64,000 nucleotides of DNA from the NCBI GenBank assembly GCA_963666565.1, contig OY762911.1, positions 4,224,001 to 4,288,000 of the forward strand, in the 5' to 3' direction. This document shows positions 44,533 to 53,191 of the stretch, in pieces (the first letter of the stretch is position 1; each line of letters opens with the position of its first letter). Made by a program: the position numbers and the translations under genes. This DNA comes from Thermoanaerobaculia bacterium. Its GTDB lineage: Bacteria; Acidobacteriota; Thermoanaerobaculia; Multivoradales; Multivoraceae. The notes under the pieces were generated by a model. It was given only the letters and a program-made list of their open reading frames with translations, was not told the DNA's origin and made no database searches.

Positions 44533-46283
44533 ACGACATGCGCGAAGCGAAGTCCGAGCCGATCGTCGGCCAGATGACCTACGACGAGTCGGTCGCCTTC
44601 CTGACCGCTCCCGGCGCCGATTGGGAGCTCGTCACCGAGACCGTCCGCGGCGTCGAGTACAAGGTCTTCAGGAACCTGCCCCCGACCCTGCGCGACGTCT
44701 ACGACCAGGCGCGCCAGGACCACGGCGACAAGGACTTCCTCGTCTTCCAGGACACGCGGCTCACCTACGCCGAGGCCTGGGAACGCGCGGCCGCGCTCGC
44801 CCACCAGTTGGTCCACCGCTACGGCGTCAAGAAGGGCGACCGGGTCGCCATCGGCATGAGGAACTACCCCGAGTGGGTCATCGCCTTCATGGCGATCACG
44901 TCCTCCGGCGCCATCTCGGTGTCGCTCAACGGCTGGTGGTCGGGCGAAGAGCTGGAGTACGGCTTCAAGGACTCCGGCGCCAAACTCGCCTTCTTCGACT
45001 GGCAACGCTACGAGCGGGTCGCCGGCAAGCTGCCGGGCCTCGGTGTCAAGAGCATCGGCGCACGTTGGGAAGAGGAGTTGCCCGAGGGCGTGGACGACTT
45101 CGAGGAGGTGTGGCGCGAGGCGGCCGGCCAACCGATGCCCGATGTCGACCTGGGTCCCCACGACGACGTGACGATCCTCTTCACCTCGGGTACCACCGGC
45201 TTCCCCAAGGGCGCCGTCTCCAGCCACCGCGCCGTGCTCAGCGGCATCGGCAGTTGGGGCTACTACGCCGCCCAGCGGATCGCGATGGGCCTGATGGACG
45301 AGCCGGAGGAGGACCCCGAGTTCCAGCCCTCGATCCTGATGCCGCTGCCGCTGTTCCACGTCAGCGGCAGCCACGCCGGCCTGCTCGCCTCCTTCGGCGC
45401 CGGCCGCAAGATCGTGATGATGTACAAGTGGAACCCGGAGCTCGGCCTGGAGCTGATCGAGCGCGAGCGCGTGACCTCCTTCAACGGCGTCCCCACGATG
45501 ACCTGGGAGATGCTCCAGTCGCCGGCGCTCGGCGAACGCGATCTGCGGAGTCTCATCGCCGTGTCCGGCGGCGGCGCGCCGATCCCCGGCGGCATGGTCG
45601 ACCGCCTGCAGGCCCTGATGCCGGACAAGCACTGGTCATTCGGCTGGGGAATGACGGAGACGAACGCCGGCGGCGCCGGCAACACGGACGAGGGCCTGGT
45701 CGAGAAGCCCGACAGTTGCGGTCAGCCCTGCCCGATCGTCGAACTGAAGATCATCGACGACGACGGCGCCGAACTGCCGTCCGGCGAGCAGGGCGAACTG
45801 ATCATGAAGTCGTCGATGAACATCCGCGGCTACTGGAACCGCCCGGAGGCGACCGCCGAGACGATCCAGGACGGCTGGCTGCGCACCGGCGACATCGCCG
45901 AGATCGACGAGGACGGCTTTCTCTACATCCGGGACCGCAAGAAGGACATGGTGCTCCGCGGCGGCGAGAACATCTACTGCGCCGAGATCGAGCGCGTGGT
46001 CTACCAGCATCCCGCCGTCTACGAAGCGGCCGCCTTCGGCGTCCCCGACGAACGGCTGGGCGAGGAGCTGGCGGTCGTCGTGGTGCCGAAGGAAGGCGCC
46101 GAGCTGGACGCGGCGGGCGTTCGCGCCCACGTCGCCGAGCACATGGCCCGATTCAAGGTGCCGCGCTACGTGTGGCTGCAGGACGAGCAGTTGCCCCGCG
46201 GCGCCACCGAGAAGATCCACAAGCGCACCCTGCGCGACCGGATGCTGACGGAAGCGCCGGAGTTTCAGCCGTGCGCCGGATGA
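44529..46283 (+). CDS. Long-chain fatty-acid/acyl-CoA ligase
   Basis: FTSGTTGFPKG, PLFHVSG, GWGMTET, WLRTGD, DMVLRGGENIY. ATGA overlap at the start. Confidence 0.92.
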   Translation: MNDMREAKSEPIVGQMTYDESVAFLTAPGADWELVTETVRGVEYKVFRNLPPTLRDVYDQARQDHGDKDFLVFQDTRLTYAEAWERAAALAHQLVHRYGVKKGDRVAIGMRNYPEWVIAFMAITSSGAISVSLNGWWSGEELEYGFKDSGAKLAFFDWQRYERVAGKLPGLGVKSIGARWEEELPEGVDDFEEVWREAAGQPMPDVDLGPHDDVTILFTSGTTGFPKGAVSSHRAVLSGIGSWGYYAAQRIAMGLMDEPEEDPEFQPSILMPLPLFHVSGSHAGLLASFGAGRKIVMMYKWNPELGLELIERERVTSFNGVPTMTWEMLQSPALGERDLRSLIAVSGGGAPIPGGMVDRLQALMPDKHWSFGWGMTETNAGGAGNTDEGLVEKPDSCGQPCPIVELKIIDDDGAELPSGEQGELIMKSSMNIRGYWNRPEATAETIQDGWLRTGDIAEIDEDGFLYIRDRKKDMVLRGGENIYCAEIERVVYQHPAVYEAAAFGVPDERLGEELAVVVVPKEGAELDAAGVRAHVAEHMARFKVPRYVWLQDEQLPRGATEKIHKRTLRDRMLTEAPEFQPCAG

Positions 46284-46408
46284 CCGACGCACGGCCTGAG
46301 ACGCGGTGGCGCGGAACGCGCCAGCCGGGTAACGCAGCCGTGCGCCGGATGACCGACGCACGGCCTGAGACGCGGTGGCGCGGAACACGCCAGCCGGGTA
46401 GCCAGTGA
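46266..46408 (+). repeat. 69-bp tandem duplication encoding a 42-codon relay mini-ORF (46280-46408)
   Basis: CAGCCGTGCGCCGGATGACCGACGCACGG... at 46266 and 46335; encodes MTDARPETRWRGTRQPG twice; ATGA and GTGA overlaps at the ends. Confidence 0.75.
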
Positions 46409-46881
46409 CCGACGAAGTCCGGATCGAACCCGGCGACCCCGCCGACCCCGCCTTCGTGCGCCTGCACGAGGCGCTCGACCGGGAACTCGGCGAGCTCTAC
46501 CCCGCCGACAGCATCTACAGCGTCGAGCCCGACAAGCTCGACGCCCCCGGCTGCTGCCTCCTCCTCGGCCGGAACGCGGACGGCGAAGCGGTCGCCTGCG
46601 GCGCACTCCGCCAACTCGGCCCCGATCAGGCCGAGATCAAGCGGATGTACGTGGCGCCGGAGTACCGTCGGCAGGCCCTCGGACGCCGCATCCTGGAGGA
46701 ACTCGAAGCCCGAGCGGCGGCCTTCGGCTACAAGTCGCTGCGGCTCGAAACCGGCGAACTCCAGCCCGCCGCGATCGGCCTTTACCGTTCCTTCGGTTAC
46801 GTCCGGATCCCCTGCTACAACGAGTACGCCTACGACCCGCACAGCCTCTGCTTCGAGAAGAAGCTGGAAGCCGGCGGCTAG
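46405..46881 (+). CDS. GNAT family N-acetyltransferase
   Basis: AVACGAL, EIKRMYV.PEYRR..LG, LRLETG..QP.AI.LY.S.GY. Confidence 0.9.
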   Translation: MTDEVRIEPGDPADPAFVRLHEALDRELGELYPADSIYSVEPDKLDAPGCCLLLGRNADGEAVACGALRQLGPDQAEIKRMYVAPEYRRQALGRRILEELEARAAAFGYKSLRLETGELQPAAIGLYRSFGYVRIPCYNEYAYDPHSLCFEKKLEAGG

Positions 46882-46882
46882 G

Positions 46883-46958
46883 CTGGGTGCGCGGGTCTTC
46901 GCCAGGACTGGGTGCGCGGGTCTTCGCCAAGACTGGGTGCGCGGGTCTTCTGACCCGC
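46883..46958 (+). repeat. Tandem REP copies, 25-bp period (two truncated, one full)
   Basis: CTGGGTGCGCGGGTCTTC at 46883, 46908 and 46933. Confidence 0.85.
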
Positions 46959-46991
46959 CCGCGTGCCCGGCCGACGCTAGTATTCGACGCC

Positions 46992-47612
46992 ATGGCCAGC
47001 ATCGATCCGATCGGCCGCCGCCGTGCCCTCCAGGTGATCGGGGGCGCGGCCGCACTGCCTCTCCTGCCCGAGGAACTGTTCGGGAACGCCCATCTGGCGC
47101 ATGTCCACCTGCACCGGCAGGAAACCGCCGGCGAGCCGGCGCCGCTGGCCGTGCTCTCGGAGGGCCAGGCCCGCACACTCGACGCGATCGCCGAGCGGAT
47201 TCTCCCGGCCACGGACACGCCCGGCGCAGGCGACGCCGAGATTCCCGCCCTCGTCGACCGGCTGCTCGCGGGCTGGCTGCCGGATGCGGCGCGCGATCAC
47301 CTGCTCGCCGAACTCGACCGCTTCGATGCCCGCGCCCGCGAGCGCCAGCCCGAGGCGGCCGGCTTCGTCGACCTCGCCGAGTCGGCGCAGGACCGACTCC
47401 TGGCCGAAGCCCAGGACGAGGCTCTCGCCGAGCGCGGCGGCCGCGGCTTCTCGCGCAACCCGAACCGGCTCCACGAGCAGCCGTTCTTCGACCTGGTCAA
47501 GTGGCTCACCCTGTTCGGCTACTACACCTCCGAGGCGGGCATGAAGTCGGAGCTCGGCTACCGGATCGTGCCCGGACGCTGGGATCCCTGCGTCGACCTG
47601 GAAGAAGCCTGA
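46992..47612 (+). CDS. Gluconate 2-dehydrogenase subunit 3 family protein (Tat-exported GMC partner)
   Basis: GRRRAL Tat-like signal; ERILP.TDTPGA; FF..VK.LTL.GYYTSE.G. TAGTAT lies 8 nt upstream of the ATG. Confidence 0.88.
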   Translation: MASIDPIGRRRALQVIGGAAALPLLPEELFGNAHLAHVHLHRQETAGEPAPLAVLSEGQARTLDAIAERILPATDTPGAGDAEIPALVDRLLAGWLPDAARDHLLAELDRFDARARERQPEAAGFVDLAESAQDRLLAEAQDEALAERGGRGFSRNPNRLHEQPFFDLVKWLTLFGYYTSEAGMKSELGYRIVPGRWDPCVDLEEA

Positions 47613-47687
47613 ACGTCTCCGGATCGCCGAGCCACCGGGAAGGCCGAGCGCAGTCGAAACCACGAGCACCACGGGAATCCAGCAGCA

Positions 47688-49409
47688 ATGGTCCAGATCA
47701 TCGAACGCAAGACCTGGGACGCCATCGTCGTCGGTTCCGGCATCACCGGCGGCTGGGCTGCAAAGGAACTGACCGAGAAGGGCCTGGAGACGCTGGTGCT
47801 CGAGGCCGGCCCGCCGGTGGTCCCCGAGCGGGACTACAGCGAGCACACGCCGCCCTGGCAGATGCCATACCGGGGGCTACGGGATCGCAAGCACCAGGCC
47901 GAGCGGCAGCCGGTTCAGAGCCGCGCCGCCGCCTGCGACGAGTGGTCGGGAAAGTTCTTCGTCGACGACATCGACAACCCGTACTCGATCGGCGACGGCG
48001 GCCAGGAGTTCCTGTGGATCCGCGCCCGCATCGTCGGCGGACGGTCCCTGCTGTGGGGACGCCAGAGCTACCGCTGGAGCGACCTGGACTTCGGCGCCAA
48101 CGCCCGCGACGGTTACGGTACGGACTGGCCGATCCGTTACCGCGACCTCGCGCCGTGGTACGACCGGGTGGAGTCCTTCGTCGGCATCGCAGGCCAGCCG
48201 GAGAACATGCCGCAGCTACCCGACGGGAAGTTCCTGCCGCCGATCGCCCAGAGCTGCATGGAGGAGAAGGTCCGCGAGGGCCTCGACCGCGCCTTCGGCG
48301 GCACGCGCCGGTTCACGCCGGCCCGGGTCGCCGTGCTCACCAAGCACCATCTCGGCCGCCGCGCCTGCCACTACTGCGGCATCTGCCGCCGCGGCTGCAT
48401 CAGCCGGTCCTACTTCTCCAGCCTGAACGCCACGCTGCCGGCGGCCGAGGCGACCGGCCGGCTGACCGTGCGCCCCAACAGCGTCGTCCGCAACCTGGTC
48501 TACGACGAGCGGACGGACCGGGTCAGCGGCGTCCATCTGATCGACGGCGAATCGATGGAGTCGATCGAGGTACGCGGCCGCATCGTCTTCCTGTGCGCGT
48601 CGACGATCGAGTCGGCGCGCATCCTGCTGAACTCGAAGACGCCCCGCTTCGCGGAGGGACTGGCGAACTCCAGCGGCCAGGTCGGCCGCAACCTGATGGA
48701 CCACATCTTCCAGGTCGGCGCGAACGGGAACCTGGACGGCCTGGAGGACAAGACGACCTTCGGCAGGCGCCCCAACTCCTGCTACCTGCCGCGGTTCGTC
48801 AACCTCGACGGTGACCGCGCCGAGGCCACTCGCGAGAAGAGCTTCCTGCGCGGCTTCGGCTACCAGTGCGGCGCCCGCCGCGGGACCCTGTGGCAAGGCG
48901 GCATCGGCCAGCCGGGCTTCGGCGCCGACTACAAGGCGAGCCTGCGCGGGCTCGCGCCCTGGCGTCTCAACTTCAGCGGCTTCGGCGAGAACCTGCCGAA
49001 CCCCGACAACCGGGTGACGATCGACCCGGATCTCGAGGACCGCTGGGGCATTCCCGCGGCCCGGATCACGATGAGCTACGGCGAGAACGAAGAGGCGATG
49101 CGGGAGAGCATCCAGACCCGCGCCGCCGAGATGCTGGAAGCGCTCGGCGCGAAGAACATCCGCACCTTCAACCGGAACTCCCTGCCCGGCTTCGCCATCC
49201 ACGAGATGGGCACGGCGCGAATGGGCCGCAACCCCGCGACCTCCGTCCTCAACGGCTGGTGCCAGTCCTGGGACGTGCCGAACCTGTTCGTCACCGACGG
49301 CGCCGCGATGGCCTCGTCCGCCTGCCAGAACCCGAGCCTGACCTACATGGCGCTCACCGCGCGCGCCTGCGACTACGCGGTGCGCCGGATGCGCCGGCTG
49401 GAACTCTGA
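47688..49409 (+). CDS. GMC family FAD oxidoreductase (glycoside 3-dehydrogenase-like)
   Basis: DAIVVGSGITGGWAAKELTEKGL, GGRSLLWGRQSYRW, C..CG.C.RGC, HEMGTARMG, CQNPSLTYMALTARA. Confidence 0.93.
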   Translation: MVQIIERKTWDAIVVGSGITGGWAAKELTEKGLETLVLEAGPPVVPERDYSEHTPPWQMPYRGLRDRKHQAERQPVQSRAAACDEWSGKFFVDDIDNPYSIGDGGQEFLWIRARIVGGRSLLWGRQSYRWSDLDFGANARDGYGTDWPIRYRDLAPWYDRVESFVGIAGQPENMPQLPDGKFLPPIAQSCMEEKVREGLDRAFGGTRRFTPARVAVLTKHHLGRRACHYCGICRRGCISRSYFSSLNATLPAAEATGRLTVRPNSVVRNLVYDERTDRVSGVHLIDGESMESIEVRGRIVFLCASTIESARILLNSKTPRFAEGLANSSGQVGRNLMDHIFQVGANGNLDGLEDKTTFGRRPNSCYLPRFVNLDGDRAEATREKSFLRGFGYQCGARRGTLWQGGIGQPGFGADYKASLRGLAPWRLNFSGFGENLPNPDNRVTIDPDLEDRWGIPAARITMSYGENEEAMRESIQTRAAEMLEALGAKNIRTFNRNSLPGFAIHEMGTARMGRNPATSVLNGWCQSWDVPNLFVTDGAAMASSACQNPSLTYMALTARACDYAVRRMRRLEL

Positions 49410-49552
49410 TTCGACACGGCACCGCCCGTTCGCCCGCCCAGGCCTCGTCCGCACGCCGATGACGGACACGCGGACGGGTTGACGCACGACGCGCTCAGTA
49501 TCGCCGGGGGATCTATGATTCCGGTGCAATGAACGCGAGAGGAGCAACGCCC

Positions 49553-50647
49553 ATGCGCCCGACCCACCGACTCGCCACCTGCCTCGCCGTCGCCGCCCTG
49601 GCCTTCGGCCTTGCCGCCTGCGGAGGCGGCAACGGCGACGTCGACGCGCCGACCGGCGCCGTCGTCGAGACCGACACCCACACGCTCGAGGAGGTCGCGC
49701 CCGGCGTCTACTTCATCGTCGGCCGGGACGACGCGATCTTCGTCCAGAGCAACGCGATGCTCGTCGTGACGGACGAGGACGCCCTGGTCGTCGACTCGCA
49801 CGTCACGCCGGCCGCGGCGCGGGCCCTGCTCGCCTCGATCGCCGAGGTGACCGACAAGCCGGTCACGCACCTCGTCAACACCCACTACCACTTCGACCAC
49901 GCCCACGGGAACCAGGTCTTCCCAGACGGCGTCGCGATCCTCGGCCACGAGTTCACCCGCGCGATGCTGATGACGGACGTGATGAGCCAGCCGACCGCCG
50001 CCATCTTCACCGGGGGCATTCCGAACCAGATCGCCGGGATGAAGGAGGCGGCGGACGCGATGGAGGACGGCCAGGAGAAGGACCGGGCACTCAACGCGAT
50101 CCGGGTCCAGGAGGCCCACTACGTGGCGGTCGGCGAAACGGAACCGACGCCGCCCAACGTCACCCTGACCAGCCGCATGACGATCCACCGCACCTACGAG
50201 GGCCAGGACCGGCCGATCGAGCTGCTCCACCTCGGCCGCGGCCACACCGGCGGCGACGTCGTCGTCCTGCTGCCGAACGAGCGGGTCGTCTTCACCGGCG
50301 ACCTCGTCCTCGCCGGCGCCGCCTACATTGGCGACGCCTACGTCGACGAGTGGCTCGACACCCTCGACCGCTTCGAGGAGCTCGAGTTCGACCTCATCCT
50401 TCCCGGCCACGGCCCGACGTTCAGCGACATGGCCCAGGTCGATGCCCTCAGGCAGTTCCTGGCCGACTTCTGGAACCAGGCGTCCGCCGCCCACGAGCAG
50501 GGTCTGACTCCCGAGGAGGCGATCGCCGAGATCGAGTGGCAGGGGTTCCTGGCCGCCGCGCCGGACGCCCTGAAGATCCACTGCGTCGAAACGGCGTACA
50601 GCAGGATGGACGAAGCCGGAGAGGCGGAAGACGCCGATCCGGCCTAG
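49553..50647 (+). CDS. MBL-fold metallo-hydrolase lipoprotein
   Basis: Lipobox LAAC; THYHFDHAHGN, GHT.GD, FTGD, PGHG. SD AGGAG; alternative ATG at 49529. Confidence 0.88.
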   Translation: MRPTHRLATCLAVAALAFGLAACGGGNGDVDAPTGAVVETDTHTLEEVAPGVYFIVGRDDAIFVQSNAMLVVTDEDALVVDSHVTPAAARALLASIAEVTDKPVTHLVNTHYHFDHAHGNQVFPDGVAILGHEFTRAMLMTDVMSQPTAAIFTGGIPNQIAGMKEAADAMEDGQEKDRALNAIRVQEAHYVAVGETEPTPPNVTLTSRMTIHRTYEGQDRPIELLHLGRGHTGGDVVVLLPNERVVFTGDLVLAGAAYIGDAYVDEWLDTLDRFEELEFDLILPGHGPTFSDMAQVDALRQFLADFWNQASAAHEQGLTPEEAIAEIEWQGFLAAAPDALKIHCVETAYSRMDEAGEAEDADPA

Positions 50648-50733
50648 CCGCCCCACCCGCCGGGACAACGTGCCGATTTCGCTAAGTTCCGCGTTTTGTG
50701 GTATTTACAACGAAACACCGTTAGCATCCCGGC

Positions 50734-51525
50734 ATGGAACAGCAGCACGTTGCTCCCCTCTCCGTAGGCGCCTCCGCGCTCGATCGCGCGGTGGAGCGCG
50801 CGAGCGTCTGGCTGCTCGACCGCTACGGCGAAGAGGTCGAGTGGGCGATCGAGGACCAGTTCCTGATCGGCCTCGACGACCAGGAACGGATCGACCTGGA
50901 GGAGCAACTCCAGGCCCGGAGCAACCGCGACCAGTCGACCTTCTTCGCCAACGCGATGAGCTGCATTCTCGCCCAGGGGCGCTTCGAGCCCGACGCGGAG
51001 GAGGGCGACTGCCGCTCCTTCAGCTTCGCCGACAAGCTGCTCGGCGCCGGCGGCCTGCTGCTGGAGGCCACCGAGCGCCAGTGGCTCGAGGCTCTGGTCG
51101 GCAGCACCCTGCAGCTGTACCGGATGGGTCCGCTGGACGAAGACCTGATTCCCCTCGACGAAGTGACCAGCCGCGAACGGGTCTGGGTGGAGCCCCACCC
51201 GGCGATGGACCCGCTGGAGGAGGGAGACCTGGTCGGCGCCCGCGTCGTCACCCGGACGGACGAGGACGCGGACCGCGTGTGCGGAGTCTTCGGCTTTCCC
51301 GCCGGCGACGCCGAGCGCGACCTGGTCGATCTGGTCGAGACGGCGGCCGCGCACGCCCGCAGCAACAAGGGCGAGATCCTCGGCATCGCCGAGGTCGTCG
51401 CCACCGCCTGGCTGCGCGCCTTCCTGCCCGACGCCTCGACCCGGGGGCCGCAGGCGGTCCCCGACGGCGGCGCCGGACCGGCCAGCGCGCGCCGGATCCT
51501 GGAGTGGCCGGCCTCCAGGGACTGA
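50734..51525 (+). CDS. Hypothetical protein
   Basis: 263-aa acidic ORF with GC3-rich codons; TAGCAT lies 6 nt upstream of the ATG. Confidence 0.6.
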   Translation: MEQQHVAPLSVGASALDRAVERASVWLLDRYGEEVEWAIEDQFLIGLDDQERIDLEEQLQARSNRDQSTFFANAMSCILAQGRFEPDAEEGDCRSFSFADKLLGAGGLLLEATERQWLEALVGSTLQLYRMGPLDEDLIPLDEVTSRERVWVEPHPAMDPLEEGDLVGARVVTRTDEDADRVCGVFGFPAGDAERDLVDLVETAAAHARSNKGEILGIAEVVATAWLRAFLPDASTRGPQAVPDGGAGPASARRILEWPASRD

Positions 51526-53051
51526 GCGGGCGGGTCACCCGGAACGAACCTCCGATTCGCCGCCAGGCGAGATCGCGCCGGCAGCGGTCGAGCCAGGCCG
51601 TCAGCGGGTCCCGCCGCGCTCGTCGCCGGCAGCGGTCGAACCGAGCCGGCAGCCGGACCCGCGGCACGCACCAGCGACCGGGAGCCGCGCGCTTCCTGGC
51701 GGCTGCCGCCTTCGGGCTTGTGGCCGCCGCTGGCGGGGCCGCCGGGCAACCTGCCCGGACGGCTGCGACGGCTGCGACCGAGACCGCGACCGGACCGGTG
51801 GCCATCCGCAGCTACCAGCTCCTCGTACCCCGCGAGCTGGCCGGCAGCGGCATCGACCCGGAGGTCGAGGTCCGAATCGAGATCGACGCCGCCGGGTCGG
51901 TTTCGAGAGTCGAAGTCCTCGCCATCGAGCCGTCCTCCGAGTTCGACGATCTCCTCCGGTTCCAGGTCGAGCGCAGCGTCGGCGGCTGGCGCTACGGTCC
52001 GGCACGCGACAAGGACGGCGCCGCCGTCCCCTCCAGCCTGTCGTGGCGGATGAAGTTCCAGAGCCCGGAGGAAGAGCGGAACGCTCCCGCCCGCAGGCGC
52101 TTCGATCCGCAGCTCGACGTCCTCGTCTCGGCCGGCGCCCTGCCGGATCCGATGCCGCAGCCGACCCTCTCCGAGCAGGCAAGGGTGCTGAACCGGACGA
52201 TCGAGGTCGCCGAGAAGTACATCGACCGCGAGCGCCGACGACGGCGCGAGACGGATCGCTTCATCCTGATCAGCGACGCCGCGGACGAGTCCACGGTCGA
52301 CATCCTGGCCGGGAACATGGAGGCGGCGTTCCGCATGTTCCACGGGCTGTTCGACCGGCACGTGGAGCCCCTGCCCGCCCGCTTCCGGATCGTCGTCTAC
52401 CTGTTCGACGACCGCGCCAGCCTCCGGCGGCTGCAGGAGGAACTCGGCGGACGGATGCCCGGCGGCGGCTTCTACCACTCCCCGGGCCTGCTCGCGTTCC
52501 ACCGGGAAGTCCGGTACTTCGACGAACTGCTGCACACGATGCTCCACGAGGCGTTCCACGCCTTCAGCGACACCTACCTGACCGGGCCCGGTTCGGACCT
52601 GCCGCGATGGGCCGAGGAGGGAATGGCGGAGTACTTCGGCAACTCGAAGATCGACCGGGGCGAGATCGTCCCGGGCGCGGTCGACCGCGGCCGCTACGCG
52701 ATCCCGCATGGCGGCGGGAGGCCGGTGCGGCTGCAGAGCCTGACCGCCTGGAACCTGGACGAGGCGCGGTCGGTCCTGCGGAACGGGGAGGCGCCGGCGA
52801 TCGCCGAGCTGATGGAGGCCACGCGCGACACGTTCTACGGCGAACGGGCGCGCCACTACTACGGCTTCTCGTGGCTCCTGACCCACTTCCTCCAGCACGG
52901 CCGGGAGGACTGGGAGAGCGGGCAGTCCTTCGCCCGGATGCTGCTCTACCTCGCCGAGGGCTACCCCGGCCGGGACGCGCTCGAAGCGGTCTTCAAGACC
53001 ACGCCGGCGGAAATCCAGGCCGAGTTCGAGCAATACGTCCGCGGCCTGTAG
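51522..53051 (+). CDS. TonB C-terminal-like domain fused to gluzincin/DUF1570-like metallopeptidase domain
   Basis: V.V.I.ID..G.V..VEV...WRY.PA..DG..VP TonB-C pattern, then HEAFH...WAEEG.AEYF. The start is uncertain (CTG 51522 overlapping the upstream stop). Confidence 0.65.
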   Translation: MSGRVTRNEPPIRRQARSRRQRSSQAVSGSRRARRRQRSNRAGSRTRGTHQRPGAARFLAAAAFGLVAAAGGAAGQPARTAATAATETATGPVAIRSYQLLVPRELAGSGIDPEVEVRIEIDAAGSVSRVEVLAIEPSSEFDDLLRFQVERSVGGWRYGPARDKDGAAVPSSLSWRMKFQSPEEERNAPARRRFDPQLDVLVSAGALPDPMPQPTLSEQARVLNRTIEVAEKYIDRERRRRRETDRFILISDAADESTVDILAGNMEAAFRMFHGLFDRHVEPLPARFRIVVYLFDDRASLRRLQEELGGRMPGGGFYHSPGLLAFHREVRYFDELLHTMLHEAFHAFSDTYLTGPGSDLPRWAEEGMAEYFGNSKIDRGEIVPGAVDRGRYAIPHGGGRPVRLQSLTAWNLDEARSVLRNGEAPAIAELMEATRDTFYGERARHYYGFSWLLTHFLQHGREDWESGQSFARMLLYLAEGYPGRDALEAVFKTTPAEIQAEFEQYVRGL

Positions 53052-53057
53052 CGCCGG

Positions 53058-53190
53058 CCGCTGGGTGCGCGGGTCTTCCGACCCGCCGCTGGGTGCGCGG
53101 GTCTTCTGACCCGCCGCTGGGTGCGCGGGTCTTCTGACCCGCTGCCGCCGGAGGCGGCCAGAAGTACGCGCCGGCCGCAAGGCCGGCCCC
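53058..53190 (+). repeat. Three tandem REP copies (28-bp period) plus two accessory hairpins
   Basis: CCGCTGGGTGCGCGGGTCTTCYGACCCG three times, then GCCGCC-GGA-GGCGGC and GCCGGCC-GCAA-GGCCGGC; lies between convergent genes. Confidence 0.9.
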
Positions 53191-53191
53191 C

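Noticed and set aside
50670-50730. AT-rich patch with a weak inverted repeat as an ncRNA or riboswitch
   Set aside because: It is short and imperfect, and is better explained as the promoter region of 50734.
53058-53142. 28-bp repeats three times (and 25-bp repeats three times at 46883), resembling a mini CRISPR
   Set aside because: The repeats are head-to-tail without unique spacers, there are no cas genes, and the same unit is dispersed as a REP.
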